A DNA stretch of 63,163 nucleotides, counting the filler, from Neoconidiobolus thromboides FSU 785 (Eukaryota > Fungi > Entomophthoromycota): the NCBI GenBank assembly GCA_025603075.1. It is 10 parts of 10 records of this genome, joined end to end, with 100 filler letters (N's around TTAATTAATTAA, not from the genome) between each part and the next. Parts side by side here need not be neighbours in the genome. Positions count along the whole stretch, not along the records: positions 43,179 to 51,744 come from MU626678.1; positions 51,845 to 53,388 come from MU626948.1; positions 53,489 to 58,305 come from MU626773.1; positions 58,406 to 61,866 come from MU626818.1; positions 61,967 to 63,163 come from MU627022.1; 5 more parts are not named here. One strand, 5' to 3'. This document shows, one piece after another, positions 50,963 to 62,905 of this stretch. How positions within the stretch are numbered: the stretch's first letter is position 1; each line of letters opens with the position of its first letter. The position numbers and the translations under genes were made by a program. The notes under the pieces are model-generated. The model saw only the letters and a list, made by a program, of their open reading frames with translations, was not told where the DNA came from and searched no databases.

Positions 50963-51844
50963 TGGAGCTGGTTGTGATTGCTAATCAATAGCTGTGTGAC
51001 TTTAAAATTATTTGTAAAGTTTGAATGAAGGAGCTTTTATATTATTGAGTAGAACTAATGAACAAATTATTAATTTAGTAGTTCCATTCTTTATCAAGAT
51101 TACTAAATTTATAATGGATTTTTTATATTTAGTTGCTTTACTTTTATTACTAAATTTCATTTAATATAGTTCTAGTTATTACATGTAAGTTTGTAAGTAT
51201 CATATACTCTATAAATGGATAACTAATAGCTTAATAGAGATAGAAGGGAGAGTTATAGATATATATAACATTAACAAGAGCTCATTATGAATAGAATCCT
51301 AAAATTGAAGTAGTTTACTTTTGTATTAAAAATAGTGTTAATAGTGGATTTAATTTTAGTATAAAACAAGGTTCTAATATGGAAACTATTAATTATGAAT
51401 TTACTATTTTAATTTTTAATTTTGATACTTTAATTAATTGAAGTATTCAAAGTGGGATGTTTTAATTACAAATATACTAATTTGGTCATATATTTATTGA
51501 ATTGTGAAATGTTACTAAGTTGTTTTGAAAAGCGATACTATCCTTTTGATAGTTAATTCTTAAATGTTATAATAATGCTATCCAATCAATCAAGCATATT
51601 GAACATAACAACTGAAATATAATAAAGTTTTATTCTTATTTACTAAATAATATACTTAAATAAAAGTTCTTCTTCCAATAATCGATTTCCAGTTCTTTGC
51701 TTTCTCAAACCCATTTTTATTAAACTGGTAATCCAAAAAAGCATNNNNNNNNNNNNNNNNNNNNNNNNNNNNNNNNNNNNNNNNNNNNTTAATTAATTAA
51801 NNNNNNNNNNNNNNNNNNNNNNNNNNNNNNNNNNNNNNNNNNNN

Positions 51845-52015
51845 ATAGTAGTATCATCTATTCTACTTATCTTACATAGTCCATAGTCTATTATGTGCTA
51901 TTCTTCATAAATTCAACTCTATCTTAATTACATAAACTAGGACCTTTCAACTTGCAATCAGTTAATCAACCAAAAAGCTGATTTTGACTCCAATCATTGA
52001 GTACCAGATTTCACA
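51845..52015 (-). mobile_element. Family A solo-LTR-like element, 5' part, truncated by gap
   Basis: Reverse complement starts TGTGAAATCTGGTACTC. Confidence 0.85.
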
Positions 52016-52800
52016 TCTGCTGTTATTTTATATTTATATAAAAGTTTATTAACTTTTTCTTTTTTTAACAAAAATTGAAACATTAAATTAAACTATTTAT
52101 TTATGAGTAATTTAAATATAATTAATAAAATTTGGCTTATAATTTAAAAATAATTAACATATCTATTTTTTTATAGTTCTAAGTAATATAATTTTTTTTG
52201 CAAAATCAATAAGAATTAAATTAAATTAGATTATTTTTAGCTAAAGTTGGTTTACTTTTTGCAAATTTGTTAGTTAAAAATTGACTAAGTTTATGTTATG
52301 TCTAAAAAGCAGTATTTTATATTATTTTAAAATGGCTTTATGAAAAAGGTTATAAAAGTAATCATTCAGTTAATTACTAAATAATATAATACTAGAAATT
52401 TCTAACAGTATTTATCCTTATTTAGATAAATAATACTATAAACTAGGGCTTTAATAATAATATAAATATGTATACTTAAAATAATAAGAAAAAAACCGAA
52501 ATAATTTAAGATAAATAAATTCAAACTTAATTATTTAACTAAAATTAGACTAATACTTTTTATAAAAAATAATATATAACACCTTATCTAATAATTTATT
52601 ATTTAATTTTTTTTAGAATATAAATTAGCTTTTAATGAAATTTAAAAATAACTGAGAGGTGTTATTATTGATTAATTCTTTATCTATTTAAAACATTAAT
52701 ACTGATTAAACAGTTGTTTTGATTTTACTTATTATTATAATTATTAACTTAACCATTGAGTTTATTTAAAATTTAAATCAAGTTGTTTTTTAACTATATA

Positions 52801-52896
52801 GGGGTATGTTTTTTTGTTTAAGAATTTTACTAATTTTTTTGTTTAAACAGCATTTAAAAAATAGAGAAAGTGATAAGAATCAAAAAAAACATTTTC
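52801..52896 (+). mobile_element. Family B MITE, diverged
   Basis: GGGGTATGTTTTTTTGTTTAAGAATTTTACTAA...AAAAAAAACATTTTC. Confidence 0.8.
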
Positions 52897-53146
52897 ATAT
52901 ATATAATTTTAAACTTAATTTATAATTACTAACCTTTTTAAGCATATTTACATTATTAAAATAGTTAGTATTATTATAAATATTATTTAAGTTATAATTT
53001 TAATTATATTAAATAGTTCTATTAAAGAAATCTAATAAAAGATAAAAAATATTTTATTATAAAAAGTGGAATTCTATTTTAAATTTCAAAAAACTTCAGT
53101 AAAGTTTTTAAAGACGATAAGATAAACTTTTAAATAAAAAACATAT

Positions 53147-53244
53147 GGGGGTGTATTTTTTTGCTTAATAATTTTACTAACAATTTTTCCACTTAAATAG
53201 GGCTTAAAAATGGAGAAAGTAATGAAACCAAAAAAAAACACCCC
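53147..53244 (+). mobile_element. Family B MITE
   Basis: GGGGGTGTATTTTTTTG...AAAAACACCCC. Confidence 0.9.
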
Positions 53245-53254
53245 AATATTATAG

Positions 53255-53388
53255 CCTGAAATCTGGTACTCAGTGGTTGGAGTCAAAAAGTCTTAGTTTA
53301 TGTAATTAAGATAGAGTTGAATTTATGAAGAATAGCACATAATAGACTATGGACTATGTAAGATAAGTAGAATAGATGATACTACTAT
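53255..53388 (+). mobile_element. Family A solo-LTR-like element, 5' part with internal deletion, truncated by gap
   Basis: TGAAATCTGGTACTCAGTGGTTGGAGTCAAAA joined directly to AGTCTTAGTTTATG. Confidence 0.85.
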
Positions 53389-55077
53389 NNNNNNNNNNNN
53401 NNNNNNNNNNNNNNNNNNNNNNNNNNNNNNNNTTAATTAATTAANNNNNNNNNNNNNNNNNNNNNNNNNNNNNNNNNNNNNNNNNNNNTGTGGAATTTGA
53501 ACATTCACAAAGATTTTTTAATTTATTATTGTTTGAAATATGGAGCGAATTACATTTATCATAAAAAGTAGAAAAGATAAAAGATAAAGAGATAATGTAA
53601 ATATTAAGTATAGTATTAAGGTTTCAATATCAAAATCAAGTATTTTAGAGTCAAAATATAATTTTAAAGCATTAGAAAATGAGCTGGATTAGGATAGTAA
53701 AAAACCAAGGGATTTAAAATAGATCAAAACAATTTAACTAGATTAAAATAAGACTTCTAATCTGGAATATTTCAATTTAGGATTCAGTGTCCAAAGTACC
53801 ATTATCCGAAATTGAATATATTACTAAAAAATTGAAAAATAAAAAATAGGTATAAAATAAGAAGTATTAAAACATCTTTAAAAAATAGTCATTTTTATTA
53901 GTGTTTAACACTTTACAATATAATGAATTAATATGTTAATTTAATCATCGTTTATTTGGTAGGGGATATTGACTAACTAAGTGGTTTTCTTTTCATTGCA
54001 AAAAAAAGGTCTATTTTAGATAAAACTTTATTCTAAATAAAAAGATAATTACTTAGAATTGAAATATAGCCATTATATACTTTTAATAAGGTTAAGTGAA
54101 AGAAGTTAGAGTTAATGTTAGTGTCTATATTTAATTAAATTTAATTTAATCAACGACTTGTTTGATAAAAACCAATGTTTTACTAAAAAATTACAATTTA
54201 CACAGCCACTACAACCTATCGATTATTTTACAAACAAAGCTTGTTTTGGTGTAATAAATATAGTTTATTCATCAATTTGTTTAAAAACCTTGGAGAGTTT
54301 GACTCTTAAGTAGTTTGTTGTTATACGTAAGCAAGTATATAAAAAAGCTGAATAAGAAGTGAAATAAGGGTTAGTAGAAGAAAAAGAGAGGTTAAAGCGA
54401 AAGTGATAAATCAATCGATTTAACTCCACTTGGTTTGAATTTGAGCAGGTTTATTTTCATACAGTCAAACTCTGTTTTATACAATGGCACCCAAGAATGG
54501 GAAAAAACAGACATGTAGAAGTTATCAGCAGTTTATCATATTTTTAAAAATTCTTTTTGGTTGAGAATTAAGATAAACTGGAACTCAACTAAAATATGTG
54601 GGGATGTCCGAGTTAGTTTCAGAATTTGCTTAAGAGTTAATCCAAATTAAGCTTTTAAATTTATAAGTCCTTGATGTGTAACTAGTTAAGTTTAAAAAAG
54701 CCTATAGTTAAATGAAAAGATTTAGAAAATTTATTTTAATTGTCTTATTTTTTCAAATAAATGATTTTTTTAACTACATGCTTCATATTGTTTTTATTAA
54801 ACACTAAAATAGCTTTACTAAATGCTTAATAAATATACAATGTACGTGTAGTTATTTCATTTTATTTTTTATTAAAATATAAGCAAAATGCAAGCTTTTA
54901 TAACTAAACTGTAAAATAAAATTTTTAAAGTTTCAGTATAATATATATATAAGCATTATAATCCACTTATATTAATTTTAATAATTAGTTATAATAACCT
55001 AGAGTTTATAGCATTTTGTAATAAAATAAAATATTGCTAAAGTTTGTTATTGATAGTAATAAATCTAATCAAATAAT

Positions 55078-55542
55078 TATGAAATCTGGTAATCAGTGTC
55101 TGGAGTCAAAAACAGTTATTGCCTGGTTGACTACACTATAAGTCGAAAGGTTTTAGTTTATGTGACTAAGATAGACTTGGATTATGAGGAATAGCACGTG
55201 ATAGGTTACAAGCTATATAAGACAAATAGAATAGACAATACTAATGTAAAATCTATGTAAAATACTATTAAGAAAACTTAGTGGCTTTATTAAATGTTCG
55301 AGATATCAGGTAATAATTCAGTCAAAAAGCCTCGAACTACTATATTCTGTAAACTCTTTTATACTCTGAAAAGTATAAATATCAAAATGAGAAGATAATA
55401 TTCTTTTGGATGGGGCTAGAAATTCTCATAACAAATCAAACTAAGAACATGGGATTGATTTTCTCTGAACTCGAGAACACAACAGCCTAGGCGATTGTTA
55501 TGCTATAATTAACCATGGGACTGACAAAGCGATATTTGACAC
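55078..55542 (+). mobile_element. Family A solo-LTR-like element, full length
   Basis: TATGAAATCTGG...GCGATATTTGACA; same subfamily as the copy at 1-194. Confidence 0.88.
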
Positions 55543-55592
55543 AACCCAGAGTTTATGAAATTTTATAATAAAACAAAACAAAGAAAAGATAT

Positions 55593-55691
55593 GGGAGTGT
55601 TTTTTTTGACTTCATTATTTTTTCCATTTTTTAAGCGCTATTTAAGCGGAAAATTTGTTAGTAAAATTCTTAAACACAAAAATACATCCCC
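55593..55691 (-). mobile_element. Family B MITE, left of the transposase
   Basis: GGGAGTGTTTTTTTTGAC...ATACATCCCC with ATAT/ATAT flanks. Confidence 0.93.
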
Positions 55692-55695
55692 ATAT

Positions 55696-57497
55696 ATTAT
55701 CAAAGTTTACTATCGATAATAATAAACTTAATCAAACAATGTACAAAATTAGTGCTTCAAGAGAAACAGGAAATAAAAATCAACAAGTAGTGTTATTATC
55801 AACTATAGCTTCAGTATATTCTTTTGATGAATGTAAAAGTTTTGGGTTTAATATAAATAGAAATCAATATGGTTATTCAAAAATAATTAATAATAAAAAA
55901 ATATCAACATTGCAACCTATTATTAAAAATACAAAAAAAATCAAAGACGAGCAAATTGAAACTATTATACAATATTTACTAAATGATTCAACTATTTCAT
56001 CAAGATTTAATAAAAAAAATAATGATAGTAAATATTCATCAGATAATATATATATATATTAAATAAAAGTGGAAGAATAATATATAGTAAATATTTTAAT
56101 GATTTGAAAGATAAAGCAGTAGCTAGGTCAACATTTCTTTAAATATATACCAAGTAATTTCAAAAATGCAGCAAGAAAAACGGATCTATGTAATATATGT
56201 GCTCAGTATACAATTAGAAAAAAGTCATTCGAAAATAAAATAAATACAGCAATAAAAAACAAAGCAGAGATAGAAGAAATTTTCAACGAAGAAGAAAAAT
56301 TATACAAATTATATAAATTCTGTGTTGATACTCAAAAAAACATATTTAATGAAACTATTAAAAAATCAAATAACAGAAGTTGTATAATAATTTTAGATTT
56401 TAAACAAAATATGGAAATAGGAACAAGACCAGATTCAATAAATTTAGATCATTATAACAAACAAGCTATATCAGTATTAGGCTTTGATGTTTTATATTTA
56501 AAGGATGATAAAACAATAGGTAAAGTTTACTTTGATTATCTATCTGAAATATTAAATCATGATTCAGGATATGCAGGAGATTGTTTAATCGATTTAATCT
56601 CTACAGAGCTTTTATTTAAGAAGTTTACAAAAATCAATATATGGGCAGATACAGGAAATTATTTTAGATTCCAAGAGTTCTTACATTATATATTTAAACA
56701 AATTCATAAATAGTAATTTGAATGCTAACCTTAATTTTTTTGCTGAGCATCATGGAAAAAGTATAGTTGATGGACATTTTAGAAACCTTTCAAAATGGAA
56801 AGGTAGTTTTAAAGCATTAGGTAAAATAGAAGATATCAATCAATTAATTTCAAGATTCGAGACTTTTATTTGTGAGCATAATAAAATTAATAACTCGACT
56901 GTTGATAATGGGAAAATAGATATAATTTTTAAAAAATATGAAAGAAACAAAAATATAAAAATAATAATAGAGATACAAAGCATTAAGAAGTATTTTCACT
57001 TTATTAAACATAACAATAAACTACATTGTTATCCAGTATCTGGTACATAAAAAAGAGCGATATAGTTCCAATTAAAGTTATAGAGTCTATAGAAAATAGA
57101 AAATAGAAAAATTAAAAGATCAATCCCAGCTTACCTTACGAAGATAACAGAGAATTTAAAATTTTCGATATCTACTAAGCAAGTAAGTAGTTTGTTGAAT
57201 GATAGAAATAGATTGTTAAATGTTCAGATTAGTTAAGTTATTAATAGCTAAGTTAATAAACAGTCAAAGAACAAGTAATTATAATAATATATAAAAACTA
57301 TTATTATATTATTTGTACTATATAAGGATGGTTAATTATAGATTTGGTGCTAACCACTCCCTTGCATGCAGCTATTTATTAACTTAGAAATATATTAATA
57401 ATGTGATTATAACATTAGTTTATTTACTTGATAACAAATCTGCAATGTTGACATAAAGTGGTCAATAATAAATATTTCTCAATAAAGTTTTACAAGA
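55696..57497 (+). pseudogene. DDE transposase pseudogene, Sola2-like, with stops and frameshifts
   Basis: RKTDLCNIC, IILDFKQN, NIWADTGNYFR, NFFAEHHGKSIVDGHF. The motif order fits my recollection of Sola2-type transposases; four copies are in the window. Confidence 0.72.
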
Positions 57498-57501
57498 ATA
57501 T

Positions 57502-57602
57502 GGGGATGTATTTTTGTATTTAATAATTTTACTAATAATTTTTCCACGTAAATAGCGCTTAAAAGATGGAAAAAGTAATGAAGCAAAAAAAAAAACATCC
57601 CC
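57502..57602 (+). mobile_element. Family B MITE, right of the transposase and inverted relative to 55593
   Basis: GGGGATGTATTTTTG...AAAAACATCCCC with ATAT/ATAT flanks. Confidence 0.93.
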
Positions 57603-59678
57603 ATATGTATTTAAGATCTAATAGAAATTCCTCTAACTTACAGTATAAACTATAATAGGATGATTTAGAACTATGTCCGGGTACCTTTGTTTTAATAAAA
57701 AATTTGTTTTTATAAAGTTTTAAGCGGAGTTTTTAATACAATTTTTTTTGAAAATTGGATAAAATAATGAAGCTAATTTAGACAACCCCATTTATTTTTA
57801 TAAAATTTCAAGTTTTTAAAATACAAATTTTTTAGAAATTAGGTAAAAAATGAAATCAATTTGGATATCCCCATATACTAAAATAAAACAGTGTTAATTT
57901 TAGTTACTTTTTATTGTTTATAATAAAACAGTGTATATGTTATTTAAGCAAGGTACAACCTATTTTTATATATTTATAGAGTAATATTTGCTTTTTTAAT
58001 ACTAATTTCAACTCAAAAAACATTACAATTATTTTATTGATGTTATAACAATTTTTCGTTATTACATTATTAATTTTTATTATTATATTGAAATATTAAT
58101 TAAGTGGAATAAGGATAATACAACTGAATATAAAAAAGTGATCTTGTTTTAATAAAACAAATGTTAAAATAATTTTTTCGATCGATTTTATACCATCTTA
58201 TACTAATCTCCTTTTATCTTTTCTACTTTTTATGATAAATGTAATTCGCTCCATATTTCAAACAATAATAAATTAAAAAATCTTTGTGAATGTTCAAATT
58301 CCACANNNNNNNNNNNNNNNNNNNNNNNNNNNNNNNNNNNNNNNNNNNNTTAATTAATTAANNNNNNNNNNNNNNNNNNNNNNNNNNNNNNNNNNNNNNN
58401 NNNNNTGTTTTTGTTTTGTTTTATAATTTATTTAATTTATAACAACTGGCTTTTATACTATTTTTTCATTATTTTTAAATGAAAATGATCTCATTTTTAC
58501 AAGTTCATTTCCAAACACAAAGTGAAAGTAAATTTTACATAAGAAAAATTCTATTGACATTTGATTTTTTGTCTTTATTTCGTCATTTTAATCTTTATTT
58601 TGTATTTAATATTTAATATATTATCAAATAATGATAATATCACTAAAAATAGTTTTAACCCCTCATAATTAAAACGTTTTCTTATTTTATATTGTACTTC
58701 AAAGTTAAACCCGATTTCATAAAATTAATACTTATAATAGTGGTATCTTTAGTTTCAAATCACCTTTGGTACCTAGAAGAAGGCTTTGGGCTTTGGATTT
58801 TGTTAAAAAATAAAAACAAGATAAAAGATATTTTAAGAAGGTATTTATAAATAGTTCACATCTTTAAATTATAGATTAATCTTCAAGTAATTAATGTGGA
58901 TATATCTATTCTGATCAAAGGGTAGTATTTAGCCAATAATGTCTAAAAATCTCATCTAGTTTAAATTAGCTTGGCTAAAATTTTAAAAATTTATTGGCTA
59001 AATGTTGCTTTTTAGAAAACTCCCTTCAAGAGAAGAACTGTGACCGAATTTTTTTGAATAACTAGTAATGCTTAAAGGATTAAATAAAAGCATAATAATA
59101 TCACAGAGTTAAAGTCCAGTTAAAATTATATAGTTTTCCAATTCAAGTTTGATTTAAAGTTATAAATCTATTGACTAATTTGAAATTTTGCAAAAATCAA
59201 AATCTGAAAAAGTGAACTTAGGATTTAAACTAGTCCACTCATAAGTAAATGTTATTTTATTTCAATAAGAGTATTTATACTACATATAATATTACAAATA
59301 TTGCTCTAGAGATCGAATTTATAATTATTTTAATGATGGAAATTAAATAAGTATACAATAATTGAACCAATTAAATTTATCCTTTGGAAAATTATCTTAA
59401 ATTCGCAAAGCTTTATTGTGAGTCCCTCATAATTTTTAATTGATGACTTTCTTTGCGGTCCATTATTTGATACATTATATCAATTGCATATCCTTAAAAC
59501 TAGTTGTTTCATCGCATGTCTCATTTCTATACTCATCTCTAAGTGAATAGATCCCGATTAACTGTTTCTTGTTGCTTTTACTTCAAACCCTTAAAAATTT
59601 CAGCAAACCTTAAATTAAACTATTAATAGAATCCCTGACTAATCTCAATAATGAACCTCTAAAACTAATGTTTTATAT

Positions 59679-59774
59679 AGTGGTATTTTTTTGACTTGGT
59701 CACTCTTTCATTTTTAAGCACTATTTCAGCGAAAAGATTATCAATAAATTCTTAAACAAAAAAATACATCTCCC
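59679..59774 (-). mobile_element. Family B MITE, diverged
   Basis: TTTTTTTGACTT...TTTTAAGCACTATTTCAGCGAAAAG...AAAAAAATACATCTCCC. Confidence 0.78.
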
Positions 59775-60056
59775 TATATTTAAGCTTATCCAATTATTGA
59801 AAGAAAAGTTCAATAATATTATCAGTAAGTGCACTAATTCAGTTGTTAGCATTTGCCTATACCTTTAGTATCAAGATTTTTAAGTACTATTGATGACATT
59901 AATAATACTAAATAGTGTATTTGATCAAAATAATAAAATGATTTGAAATAAATAGTACAAATCAGACTATTTATATAAATTCATTAAACCATGTTTAGAA
60001 AACAAATACTATCTTATATACTATGTTTATATTCAATCCAGTTTTACAGACCATAT

Positions 60057-60152
60057 GGAGATGTATTTTTATGTTTAAGAATTTTACCAATAATTTTTCT
60101 GCTCAAATAACGCTTAAGACAGAAAAAGTAATGAAACCAAAAAAACATCCCC
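60057..60152 (+). mobile_element. Family B MITE
   Basis: GGAGATGTATTTTTATG...AAAAAACATCCCC; flanks ATAT/ATTT. Confidence 0.88.
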
Positions 60153-61546
60153 ATTTCCTGACTGTTACAAAAATTGTTAGTTACTTTTGGGTAATAAATA
60201 ATCTTATTACGTGAAAAACCAATTAATATTTTTGCAATAACCAGTAAATAATAACAAAAATTGGCACAATTAGATAGGAAAGAATATATAGCAATGAATA
60301 GTATTTGAATTTTAAAAGCATTGGGATTGCTTTCTTATTATAAACATGGCCTTTTCATTAAATTACTTTAAAACTTATTTCTATTTTTAACTAATATGCC
60401 CTCATGAGGGCTTTTTTGTTTCCCTGTATAATCTGAATTATACATTGCAGTATTGATTCTCTTCGATATGAGTCAATAAAACACTTTACCTCTTTTTGAA
60501 GTCCTTGGTAGAAGAGTCCGATGAACTTCTTGATAAAGAATATGATCATATCTATTACAAGATAAAGCCCAACCGAAAACAATAAAACGATTCTTTAAAG
60601 TGAATTGGTCACTTATTGAGCAGGGCATTAACATTTTATTCTACTACTAATTAATATTCTCACTCTGTTATTCTTAATTTATTTTTTTAAACACTTTTAT
60701 ATCTCAAATAGGCTGTCTTTGGATTTGTAATAAAAAGATTAAACAATGCCTAAAATATTTTTTTCTACTTTCGCCATTCTTTACATAATGCAAAATGTAA
60801 AAATTACTAGTTAAATGTTAAAATATAAAAAATGATCTTTATACCCTTTTCAAAATTTAATAGCAAATTATAAAACAACGATTACTTTTACTACCATAAT
60901 AATAACGGAGTATACAAAATTAGATAATAGAAGTTAAAATATATTGTAAAAGAGGCGGTTGGAAAAATCGGTTTAAAAAAACAATTGAAAATGATTAAAC
61001 ATTTAATTAAAATCAACATAGGCCATAGATAATTTTATAGTGAACTATATATCTTGTAGGATAGAGATTTGTCCTTTACTAATGATATATTTACTATATA
61101 TTCTCTTACTTTATTATCGATAATTATTATTTCTATCATTTAGGCTCTATATTCCTAATGTTGCAAAGTTTTTAGTTCTAAACCTAATATTTTTTAGAAT
61201 GGAAAGTTTTTTAATTGAAGAATTTTTATCCCACTTTTAAATTGGAAAAATCAAAAAGCAGGAGAGAAACTTCTAATGGAAGGAAGTCTTAGGCCATTCA
61301 TTTGTATAAATAAGAAGATGTTGACTTTTATATAATTCTATTCCTTTCTTATCTTTATTTTTCAATTAGATTTATGCTTTGAAATTTTACTTTATTTAAT
61401 AAATAGTGTCAAGAGAGTATTTTTTTAAAAAGGTAAACAAAAAAGATGAATTAATAAGAGAATTAATTTAAGTTTCAAGAGGAATGAAAATTTAATTTCC
61501 ATAATATAAATAGTTCCAATTATTACAAAGAATTTGTAATTTTAAA

Positions 61547-61866
61547 ATGTTTCAATTATTTCAAAAAGTGGTTAATAATTTGTTATATTCTAGTAAACCT
61601 TCTACTGCTAAATCTTTGTCTTCGTATCCTATGGCCTTACATATAATCAAACTATGCATAACCCTCCTATTAACACTTTATGTACCACTCTGCTCAATAA
61701 GTTTACTTTATATCTTATTAACTGGTGGTATAAGCAATAATTTAAGGTTGTTTACAAGTTTCTATTATTTTATAGAAATATTATTTTATATATATTGCTC
61801 TATATTATATAATCAAATAGATAACAACAAACATAATAATAGAATGAATGAATTAGAACGAAGTCA
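61547..61866 (+). CDS. N-terminal fragment of a membrane protein, truncated by gap
   Basis: Open frame with two hydrophobic segments ending FYYFIEILFYIY; family not established. Confidence 0.5.
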
Positions 61867-61966
61867 NNNNNNNNNNNNNNNNNNNNNNNNNNNNNNNNNN
61901 NNNNNNNNNNTTAATTAATTAANNNNNNNNNNNNNNNNNNNNNNNNNNNNNNNNNNNNNNNNNNNN

Positions 61967-62905
61967 CAAAGCTATAATTGACCATCCTTATATAATACAA
62001 GTAATATAATAATAGTTTTTACTTATCATTACAATTACTTGTTCTTTGACTATTTATTAACTTAGCTACCAATAACTTAAGTAATCTTAACATTTGACAA
62101 TCTATTTCTATCATTTAACAAACTACTTGCTTGTTTAGTAAATATTGTGAAATCTGGTACTCAGGGTTTGGAGTCAAGAATAGCTATTGCTGGGTTGACT
62201 ACACTATAAGTCGAAAGGTCTTAGTTTATGTGACTAAGGTAGACTTGGATTATGAGGAATAGCACGTAATAGGTCACAAGCTATATAAGACAAATAGAAT
62301 AGACAATACTAACGTAAAATCTACATAAAATACTATTAAGAAAACTTAGTGGCTTTATTAAATGTTCGAGATATCAGGGAATGAATCTCTTTTATACTCC
62401 GATAAGTATAAATATCAAAACGAGGGGAGAATATTCTTTGAGACGAAGATAGAAATTCTCATAACAAATCAAAATAAGAACATGGGATTAATTTTCTCTG
62501 AACTCAAGAACACAACAGCTTAGGCAATTGTTATGCTATAATTAACCATGGGACTGGCAAAGCGATATTTCACAATATTGAAATTTTGAAATTCTCTGTT
62601 ATTTTGGTAAGATAAGCTGAGATTGATCTTTTAATTTCTCTATTTTCTACAGACTTTATAACTCTAATTGGAGCTATATCGCTTTTTTTTGATGTATCAG
62701 ATACTGGATAACAAGGTAGTTTATTGCTATGTTTAATAAAATGTAAACACTTCTTTAATGCTTTGTATTTCTATTATTCTTTTTATATTTTTGTTTCTTT
62801 CATACTTTTTAAAAATCATATCTATTTTCCCATTATTAACAGTTGATTTATTGATTTTATGTTCACAAATAAAAGTCTCAAACCCTGAAATTGATTGATT
62901 GATAT
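61967..62905 (-). mobile_element. Sola2-like transposon remnant interrupted by a family A element
   Basis: Reverse-complement homology to about 56815-57340; C-terminal frame open (SDTSKKSDIAPIRVIKSVENREIKRS). Confidence 0.82.
62146..62574 (+). mobile_element. Family A solo-LTR-like element, full length (429 bp)
   Basis: TGTGAAAT...ATTTCACA with ATAT/ATAT duplication; the empty site is seen at about 33845. Confidence 0.92.

Noticed and set aside
26622-61966. TTAATTAATTAA palindrome inside each N run
   Set aside because: Identical in nine places with a fixed 44+12+44 layout; a synthetic six-frame stop linker, not biology. ORFs containing X or ending LIN are artefacts of it.
55696-62905. Possible RIP-like mutation in TE copies (many transitions seen by eye)
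   Set aside because: Changes run in both directions with transversions and indels, and no dinucleotide bias could be counted by hand; needs RIPCAL-type analysis.
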